DNA from: a virus
Lineage: Duplodnaviria > Caudoviricetes
Length of the DNA: 64,000 bases
Direction: 5' to 3' (one strand)
IMG/VR virus record: IMGVR_UViG_3300035498_000356
Coordinates: 64,001 to 128,000 of that record
A program made the translations under genes and the position numbers. Positions 9,062 through 16,527 of the stretch are shown in pieces (position 1 is the first letter of the stretch; each line of letters begins with the position of its first letter). The notes below the pieces were generated by a model. It was not told where the DNA came from, searched no databases, and was given only the letters and a program-made list of their open reading frames with translations.

Positions 9062-10077
9062 ATTTGTAAAATAGTCTCGTGAAACCCATGGTAATAAATA
9101 TGATTATTCTAAAACAGAATACTACACCAAAAGAGATAAGGTATGTATAATCTGTCATAAACTTGATACTGAAGGTAAAGAGCATGGAGAATTTTGGTAG
9201 ACTCCTGATGCTCATACGAGAGGTTAGGGATGTCCAAAATGCAAGTTTTAGAAATTAAGCAAAGATAGAGTTAAAGATATAAATAATTTTATAAAAGATG
9301 CTAATTTAGTTCATAATAATAAATATGATTATAGCAAATTTAGTTATATTAATGCCCGAACTAAAGGTATTATAATTTGTCCAAAACATGGATAGTTTTT
9401 ACAAGATCCAGCTAATCATTTATCTGGAAAAGGATGTTCTGAATGTGGAAAAATAACTATATCAAAGAAACAACTAATGCCACAAGAAGAATTTATTTCT
9501 AGATGTAAAACTTTAAATCCAGATTATAATTATTCTAATACAATATATACTGGAATTGAGAATAAAATTACATATATTTGTCCAATACATGGAGAAATTG
9601 CTTAGAATGCACATGACCATTTGTATAATCATGCTAGATGTCCTAAATGCAATTAGTCTAAAGGTGAATTTTTAGTAGAAAATGTTTTAAATAGCTTAAA
9701 TATTAAATATATTTCATAGTATAAAATTCAAATCCCAAAAAATATTCGTACATCTGGATATTGTTATATAGATTTTTATTTACCAGACTATAATATATTT
9801 ATAGAGTATAATGGGGGTGTAGCATTATATTCCAGTTAAACATTTTGGAGGAAAATTAAAATTAAAGGATTAGCAAATTCGGGATAACTATGTTAGAAAA
9901 TTTTGTAAAAATAATGAAATTAAATTATTAGAAATACCTTATAATATAACTGATTTGAAAGATATTGAATTTTTAATTCAGTAGAGTATAGAAAATGATC
10001 AAAACCACTAGTTAGCTATAATTCCTGTCGATTTATTTTATAAACTTTTAGAAAATTATCATAAGAATCATGACTAA
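9039..10077 (+). CDS. Free-standing homing endonuclease: three Zn-binding repeats plus a Vsr/DUF559-like nuclease; 12 in-frame TAG read as Gln; one extra G at 9813-9817
   Basis: Repeats such as KYDYSK...IIC..HGEFW*TP..H..G*GCPKC; CN*SKGE; DFYLPDYNIFIEYNG(V*)HY...RDNYVRKFC...LLEIPY; absent from the ORF track. Confidence 0.85.
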
Positions 10078-10279
10078 ATTTATATTTGGAGTTCAAGATA
10101 ATAGTATAGATGAGAGAACATTATACTCAATTGAAGCATGTACTATTGAAGAAGCAAGAAATAAATTCTGTAAATTATGTATGCCTATTATTAAAATGAA
10201 GTATGATGATATGCTTGATATGCTAGCAGATATAGATGTTATTATAACCGAATACAATAATAATATTATTGAACTCTAA
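10070..10279 (+). CDS. Hypothetical protein
   Basis: ORF track; coupled operon. Confidence 0.65.
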   Translation: MTKFIFGVQDNSIDERTLYSIEACTIEEARNKFCKLCMPIIKMKYDDMLDMLADIDVIITEYNNNIIEL

Positions 10280-10497
10280 TGAATAAGTATGTAATTCCTA
10301 TTTGTGATACTAAAGACGACCTTATCTACAATCTAGTTATTTCTGCGAATTCAATATCAGATTGCGAAGCAAAGCTCATGGAAAAAATGAGTGAAAGATA
10401 TGATATTGATCCAGAGTTTGACTTTAATGAATTTATTGATGATATGGGCGAATATGATGTTCTTATAGGAGAAATACAAGATATAGAAGAACTATGA
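10279..10497 (+). CDS. Hypothetical acidic protein
   Basis: ORF track; TAATG coupling. Confidence 0.65.
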   Translation: MNKYVIPICDTKDDLIYNLVISANSISDCEAKLMEKMSERYDIDPEFDFNEFIDDMGEYDVLIGEIQDIEEL

Positions 10498-11015
10498 ACT
10501 TAAAGATTTCTTTAGATTTAGATGGAACAATATTTGATTGGGATAATTATTACCAATCAAAATTTGGAATACCTAAATCAGATTTTGAAATAACAAAAAA
10601 TGTAATGGGAATATTAAGAAAGGATAAACAGTATTGGTTAGAACAACCTATTCTTAATATTCCTAACTTTATACCTAATTGTTATTGTACTTCTAGGGTT
10701 ATTCCTAAACGTTGGATTACTGATCAAATTAAAGTTAATGATTTACCTAAAGCTCCAGTGTATCAAGTATTTGGTTTTGGACTTAGTAAATATTCTCAAC
10801 TTAAAAGGTCACAATCTTCCGTTCATGTGGATGATTCTATTTCTGTATTTAAAGATTTAAATTTGAAAGGAATTCCATGTTTATTATTAGATTCTCCTAA
10901 TAATAAAGATTGGGGTCCAATAGGTAGAATTCATTCTTTAAATATAGATGAGATTGAAGAGGTATATGATTTATTTATTAGAACTATGTTTCCTTGTTTT
11001 AAAGAGTTGATATGA
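10494..11015 (+). CDS. HAD-superfamily phosphatase / 5'-nucleotidase-like protein
   Basis: SLDLDGT motif I, CTSR motif II, HVDDS motif IV. Confidence 0.8.
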   Translation: MNLKISLDLDGTIFDWDNYYQSKFGIPKSDFEITKNVMGILRKDKQYWLEQPILNIPNFIPNCYCTSRVIPKRWITDQIKVNDLPKAPVYQVFGFGLSKYSQLKRSQSSVHVDDSISVFKDLNLKGIPCLLLDSPNNKDWGPIGRIHSLNIDEIEEVYDLFIRTMFPCFKELI

Positions 11016-12055
11016 AAATAACACCACTATTAGAAACTCTTAGATTACAGAAAATAGACGATAGTACATATTTCTCTAAGAAGTACAGTAATTATATTAG
11101 TAATTCTAGATTGAGTTTAATCAATCCTAAACAAGATGGAAGTCCTGAAAAATTTTTTGAAGGATTTAAACCATTCTATTCTCCAAGTTTGCAAATTGGT
11201 TCAGCAGTACATGCTATTGTATTGCAACCTGAATCATTTCATATAGCAGATGATTTAGGAAAACCAACTAGCAAAATGGGAATAATGGCTGATGAATTAT
11301 ATTCTGATTATATAAATGGAACTTTAGATAATGAGAAGATAAGAGAAATATCTTTAAAGGTTGATTATTATTCAAATGCTCTATGGGGAGAAGCAAAATT
11401 CAAAAAAGTCATTGATGATTGCACTCCTTATTGGGAGGCTCGAAAGCACTATTCTGAGGCAATTTCAGACAATAGTGTTGAAGAATTATATCTTGATTAT
11501 CGAAGTCGTCAAATTGCTATCAGCTGTATAGAATCACTGCAAAACAGTAATTATATATTAGATAAGATGCATCCAAAAACTGAATTTCCGGATTCAATTA
11601 TATCTGAAAATGAGCAAGCTATTTTGTTAGATATAAAAGTTGAAATGGAAAATTCAGAACCATTTATACTTAAACTTAAAGCTAAACTAGATAATTATGT
11701 TATTGACACATTGAATAATACAATATGTGTTAATGATATAAAGACTTTAGGTAAAACTGTAGATAAGATGAATGAAAATATAGATAGATTCCATTATAAT
11801 AGGGAATTTGCATTCTATTTATATTTATTAAATCTTGTAGCTCATAAGTATTACGGCTTAAAAAATCCAATAGCTAAAGGAAATTATTTAGTAGTATCTA
11901 CTATTCCTGGATATTATACAAAAGTAGTTCCTTTAACTAAAAAGATGCTTCAAGAAGGATTTGATGAACTTAAATATTTAATACATTTAGTTGCAGAGAA
12001 TGTTGCAACTAAATATAAAGACTTTGGTATATGGAATACAGCTATCAGCAATTAG
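11012..12055 (+). CDS. PD-(D/E)xK exonuclease (RecE/DUF3799-like)
   Basis: ISNSRL, GSAVH, LKAKLD, NDIKT, HYNREFAFY motifs. Confidence 0.8.
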   Translation: MKITPLLETLRLQKIDDSTYFSKKYSNYISNSRLSLINPKQDGSPEKFFEGFKPFYSPSLQIGSAVHAIVLQPESFHIADDLGKPTSKMGIMADELYSDYINGTLDNEKIREISLKVDYYSNALWGEAKFKKVIDDCTPYWEARKHYSEAISDNSVEELYLDYRSRQIAISCIESLQNSNYILDKMHPKTEFPDSIISENEQAILLDIKVEMENSEPFILKLKAKLDNYVIDTLNNTICVNDIKTLGKTVDKMNENIDRFHYNREFAFYLYLLNLVAHKYYGLKNPIAKGNYLVVSTIPGYYTKVVPLTKKMLQEGFDELKYLIHLVAENVATKYKDFGIWNTAISN

Positions 12056-12360
12056 AAGATTTGTATTCTAAATATTTTAGCTTTGGTAATTTAGGAATTA
12101 GCTTTGATTCTAAGTTAGCATTACTTTCAATGCTATGCCATCTTACTGAAGAACTAAAAGGAAAGAAACCTGATATTAACCATTATCAAGTTTTAAGAAA
12201 TATTGTAGGAACTAAAATTCCGGATAATGTTGTTAAAGGCATTTCTATAGTAGCTAAAGATATGAGCTATGGATGTCAACAATTTCCAACTTTTGGACTT
12301 ACAAATAAACAAATGATAGATAAAATAAAAGAATTAGCAGATAATTATTTACCATTTTAG
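12031..12360 (+). CDS. Conserved crAss-like hypothetical protein
   Basis: ORF track. Confidence 0.7.
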   Translation: MEYSYQQLEDLYSKYFSFGNLGISFDSKLALLSMLCHLTEELKGKKPDINHYQVLRNIVGTKIPDNVVKGISIVAKDMSYGCQQFPTFGLTNKQMIDKIKELADNYLPF

Positions 12361-12476
12361 ATTTAACACTTTTTAACAGTAAATTATTTTATTATATAAT
12401 ATAAAATGACTAAATTTGCTAGAAAGGTTAGAAACCAAAGATGTTTAAAATTTTTATAGATTTTTTTGGTAAAGCA

Positions 12477-12508
12477 TTTGGATAGTAAAAAATAAAATAC
12501 TATATTTG
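12477..12508 (+). promoter_or_regulatory. Bacteroidota housekeeping-type promoter (-33 TTTG, -7 TATATTTG)
   Basis: Perfect consensus with a 20-nt spacer; a second TAAATTTG lies at 12411. Confidence 0.75.
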
Positions 12509-12559
12509 CTTTATAAATGTAAAATGAATTAATGTTAAATTTTAAATTTTATTTGTCTT

Positions 12560-13213
12560 ATGGAAAATAATTATGTATTCCGTTCAATCGAAGTAGTAGG
12601 CGCAACAAAAGAAGATGCATTTGCAAGTCAGGACACATTCACAGCTCCTGTAGAAAATTGGCGTAACGCAACACAGGCATTCCGTAATTGGAAACAGTCA
12701 CAGACTGAAGCTATTACAGATGCTGCTGTAAAGGAGTTTATGCGTGAATATATTCGTGCTAACAAGATTGCTCCTGGTGCTGCTGCTTATATTGTAAATG
12801 AGCCTGCTGTTAAGGATACTCGTAAGCGTGCTTACACTATTGAGGATGTTAAACGTGAAGGTGGTGCTACTCACTATGGTAAAGTATTTGAACTTTGTGA
12901 GAAGCTTGAAGATGGAACAATTCGTGTACTTGCTTCTACACCTTGCGAAATGGTACCGCAAACTGATGATGAAGGTAATCGTTTGCTTGATGAAGATGGT
13001 AATGTTCGTATGAAGGTTTCTTCTGCAACTAAGGCTGAAGCTAAGAATCTTGCTAAAGCGCTTATTACTGAAAAGGGTTATAAGGGTTCAGGTTTTGCTC
13101 GTCTAGTTCGTAAAGTTGCAACTGGTGATGATGTTGTATTTACATTCTCTTATACGCCTTCCAAGAGTGCACAGAACGGAGTTTATACTGTGTTTGGTTT
13201 GGAAATTTGTTAA
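12560..13213 (+). CDS. Conserved hypothetical protein, probably highly expressed
   Basis: Codon bias (cgt, aag, gct, ggt); flanked by its own promoter and terminator. Confidence 0.8.
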   Translation: MENNYVFRSIEVVGATKEDAFASQDTFTAPVENWRNATQAFRNWKQSQTEAITDAAVKEFMREYIRANKIAPGAAAYIVNEPAVKDTRKRAYTIEDVKREGGATHYGKVFELCEKLEDGTIRVLASTPCEMVPQTDDEGNRLLDEDGNVRMKVSSATKAEAKNLAKALITEKGYKGSGFARLVRKVATGDDVVFTFSYTPSKSAQNGVYTVFGLEIC

Positions 13214-13259
13214 GAATTTATTTTTCGATATTAATGATAAATTAAGTTTGAATGATTTT

Positions 13260-13296
13260 GAAGGAGTTGGTCTGTGAAGATCGACTCCTTTTCTTA
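13260..13296 (+). terminator. Rho-independent terminator
   Basis: gaaggagttggtc-tgtgaa-gatcgactccttt followed by a U-rich tract. Confidence 0.8.
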
Positions 13297-13350
13297 TTTT
13301 ATACCCAGAAATGGTTTTAACAATTGAATAAAACAATTAAAAATATTTGA

Positions 13351-14865
13351 ATGAAGGAAAGTACATTAAAACAATTGCAAGATGATTTGCAATATATTCT
13401 TGATAACAATCTTACAATTTCAGAGTGGCAAGATAAGTTTAATAAAGGTAAACTTAATATCTCATCTAGAATGGTTTCTTATAGATCTGATATTAAGAAT
13501 GTAAATAATTATCCAGAAATATATAACCTCTATATGGCTATTAAAGAAAGAGATAATAAGCCTAAGAATATAGAACAAGATGATACGTCTTGGTCTGTTG
13601 ATAGAGATGAAAATGGAGTTATACAAAAATATCACATTTATTATCCTACAAAAAGTGGGATTCCATTTATTACGGCATTAACTAGACAAGATGCAGAAAC
13701 TCTATTTAGTTTATATACATATTATGGAGGTAATGTAACAGCACGTAATGTTTGTAATGAATTTCCACAATATACTCTTGCTGAGATTAAGATGATATTT
13801 AGATGTTTTAATCTTACTAAAGATTCTATATTTGTAGCTCCTCACTTATTAGAAGAACTAACTCCTGAACAGATTGCTCAATATAGAATGCAAGTTAAAG
13901 AAAGAGCTGCATTTAAATATTGTGATGCTAAACAAGAAAGAGATTTCACTAATCAGATTAAAAAGATGGCTAGTGAAATTAATAAGCTTAAAGACTCTAA
14001 AGATCTTGCTGAATCTCTTATTGGTAAAGTTGAATATGAAAAAGTATCAATAAAGAAAGAAGTTCCAGAAAAAGGAACTACTGGAGTTATATGTCTTTCT
14101 GATTTACATGTAGGAGCATTTAATGTTCCCGAAGGATATATAGATCTACCTGAATATAATGAATCAGAAGTTAATAGAAGACTTGATTATATAATTAATC
14201 AACTTTCCTATAAAGGTTGGGAAAATGTAATTGTATTAAATCTCGGAGATTCTATTGATTCATTTAGAAAAATGACTACGTCAATGTCTCATCAATTGCC
14301 CTGCGTAAAGACAGATAGAGAGATTGCCGAAATGTATCTTTCTGTAATGAAGCGATTCTTTTATCAACTTAAACAAATAGTTCCTAATGTTCAATATAAT
14401 TCAATAGGTTCTGGTAATCATAGTGGTGATACTGGATGGCTATGTGATATGGTATTAGTTAGAGATTTAACTAATGAACTTGGAATAAAATGTTATTTAA
14501 GTAATAAAGAAATAGATGCATTCAATTATAGAGGAACATCTTATATTTATTTACATGGAAAAGCACAAGCAACTAAAGGTCAATATAAAGGATTTCCATT
14601 AAACCTGAATGATAGAACTCAATGTTGGTTTAATGATTTCTTTGCAGATACTGACTTAGAATTATTAGATAAAAAGGTAGTTATTAAAGGTGATTTACAT
14701 CAATTCTCAGTTAATAGTGTATCTTCATTTGACTATATAAATTGCCCTTCCGTTTATGGAAGTAGTACATATATAGTAAGCAATTTTGGATATACTAAAT
14801 GGGGATGTGCTTATCTTGAAATAGATACTCTTGGAAATTATAATATAGGTGTTATTAAAGAATAA
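13351..14865 (+). CDS. Calcineurin-like metallophosphoesterase/nuclease with an N-terminal extension
   Basis: LSDLHVG, LGDSID, GNH, LHG, GDLH motifs. Confidence 0.85.
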   Translation: MKESTLKQLQDDLQYILDNNLTISEWQDKFNKGKLNISSRMVSYRSDIKNVNNYPEIYNLYMAIKERDNKPKNIEQDDTSWSVDRDENGVIQKYHIYYPTKSGIPFITALTRQDAETLFSLYTYYGGNVTARNVCNEFPQYTLAEIKMIFRCFNLTKDSIFVAPHLLEELTPEQIAQYRMQVKERAAFKYCDAKQERDFTNQIKKMASEINKLKDSKDLAESLIGKVEYEKVSIKKEVPEKGTTGVICLSDLHVGAFNVPEGYIDLPEYNESEVNRRLDYIINQLSYKGWENVIVLNLGDSIDSFRKMTTSMSHQLPCVKTDREIAEMYLSVMKRFFYQLKQIVPNVQYNSIGSGNHSGDTGWLCDMVLVRDLTNELGIKCYLSNKEIDAFNYRGTSYIYLHGKAQATKGQYKGFPLNLNDRTQCWFNDFFADTDLELLDKKVVIKGDLHQFSVNSVSSFDYINCPSVYGSSTYIVSNFGYTKWGCAYLEIDTLGNYNIGVIKE

Positions 14866-14872
14866 ATTAAAA

Positions 14873-15046
14873 ATGGAAAAGACCGCTAGAAACAAAAATT
14901 ATTGGTTTGAAAATTACAAACCGAGTAAAACATCAGTTCCTGTAACATATAATGGAATTGAATATCTTTCAAAGAAACAATGTTGTGTATTAGAGCATAT
15001 TAGTATGAATCAACTCAATAAATATCTTGAAAACAATGGAAAATAA
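14873..15046 (+). CDS. Small putative DNA-binding protein
   Basis: ATG at 14873; VTYNGIEYLSKKQCC..EHIS resembles NUMOD/HTH modules. Confidence 0.5.
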   Translation: MEKTARNKNYWFENYKPSKTSVPVTYNGIEYLSKKQCCVLEHISMNQLNKYLENNGK

Positions 15047-15389
15047 ATCTTTAGTTACTGCTAATGATATACTCAATTTAGTTGATACTATAATTTCAAA
15101 TGTAGATAAATATGATATTGGATTTAGTTCTAGTGAGCATGATGATGAACTTAAATTCAATCATCTAAGTATATATATTTCAGATAAAGAATATATTTGT
15201 ATTCAATATGATGGTGAAAAAATTAGATTAAATAATAGAAATATTGATATTTTTATTAGACAATTATCAGAAATAGAAAAATGTACATTATCTTTAAAGT
15301 TTGAAATTCTTAATGATATTCTTAAACAAAGATTATCAGATAGGATTCATGAACTTATTACAATTCCAAATGACGATATAGATGAATAA
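15027..15389 (+). CDS. Hypothetical protein
   Basis: ORF track. Confidence 0.65.
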   Translation: MKTMENKSLVTANDILNLVDTIISNVDKYDIGFSSSEHDDELKFNHLSIYISDKEYICIQYDGEKIRLNNRNIDIFIRQLSEIEKCTLSLKFEILNDILKQRLSDRIHELITIPNDDIDE

Positions 15390-15720
15390 GATATTCGTTC
15401 TTAAAAAAGTTGTATCGTATCCATTAGATGTTGGTGAAATTATTGCTGCATATACATCTATGGAATCTGCAATGCAGGCTAAATCCAAATTAGAAGAATC
15501 ATTTCCAATTATAAACGAAGAAGACTTTGTAAAAATTGATAATGATGTATTTGATTTTTGTCAAGAACAAGATATAGATAGCAATGATAAAGCTAATTGG
15601 ATAGATGTTGCTAAAACTGTATGTGATTTCAGTGAGAATGATTTAATAAAAGCTTATGACTTTTATACTACTACTGAATATGGAACATACGATATAATTG
15701 AAACTGATTTATGGAATTAA
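15382..15720 (+). CDS. Hypothetical protein
   Basis: ORF track. Confidence 0.65.
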   Translation: MNKIFVLKKVVSYPLDVGEIIAAYTSMESAMQAKSKLEESFPIINEEDFVKIDNDVFDFCQEQDIDSNDKANWIDVAKTVCDFSENDLIKAYDFYTTTEYGTYDIIETDLWN

Positions 15721-16511
15721 CTATTGATGAATTGTTAAGAGGTAAAGGAACTCAAATTAAAGGTAAAGAGTATCTTCCTACAGCTGCTTATGTAGAACCT
15801 TTTCTAGAACGTTTGTCACCTTATACAAATGATTTTAGAGTACAGGTTAAATTACCAGATCAAATTACACTTACAGAAAATGGAGGTGTAAATATGGAAG
15901 ATATTACATTTAATAGAGTTTGGGTACAAGCTATTATGCCTGATGAACTCAATTATGAAAATCATAGAGATAGTGTAAGTCTATTATATGCTCTTGATAC
16001 ACGTAAGCCTGTAGTTAAGATATTTAAATCTGGAGTAAATATGGCATGTTTAAATATGTGTATATTTAATCCAAGTTATATTAATCTACAATCGCTTGAA
16101 CCAGAAGCTCCTATTAATTTTAAGTGCGTGAAACCACTTATGGAAGAAGTATCTGATACTGCAATGTGGATGCATAAACTTGAAGAAACAGAAGTTCCAT
16201 ATAATTATGAATTAATTAATGAGAACTTAGGTATGTGGATTCGTAATAGCATTAAGAATACTTATGATTCTGGATACGGTAAAGTAAAATTAGCAACATC
16301 TACACCTATTGATGCTTATAAACTTTTATACGAGAAGAAAGATTCTCCTTATTATGTAGAAGAAGGAGCATCTACTAATATGTTTAATGTTTATAATGCA
16401 TTTACTGAATTAGTAACAAACGATGGTACTAAAGAAGATAAACGTGGTGGAGATTTATGTTGTAAAGCTGAAAAGACTTTGATGATTAAAGATATTCTAC
16501 AATTGGTTTAA
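15711..16511 (+). CDS. DUF932-like phage protein
   Basis: ACLNMC and FNVYNAFTE motifs typical of the DUF932 family. Confidence 0.6.
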   Translation: MELTIDELLRGKGTQIKGKEYLPTAAYVEPFLERLSPYTNDFRVQVKLPDQITLTENGGVNMEDITFNRVWVQAIMPDELNYENHRDSVSLLYALDTRKPVVKIFKSGVNMACLNMCIFNPSYINLQSLEPEAPINFKCVKPLMEEVSDTAMWMHKLEETEVPYNYELINENLGMWIRNSIKNTYDSGYGKVKLATSTPIDAYKLLYEKKDSPYYVEEGASTNMFNVYNAFTELVTNDGTKEDKRGGDLCCKAEKTLMIKDILQLV

Positions 16512-16527
16512 TTAAAATTATAATTTG

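Noticed and set aside
12361-12559. Possible tRNA, ncRNA or replication origin in the AT-rich gap
   Set aside because: No cloverleaf or iterons visible; promoter motifs explain the region
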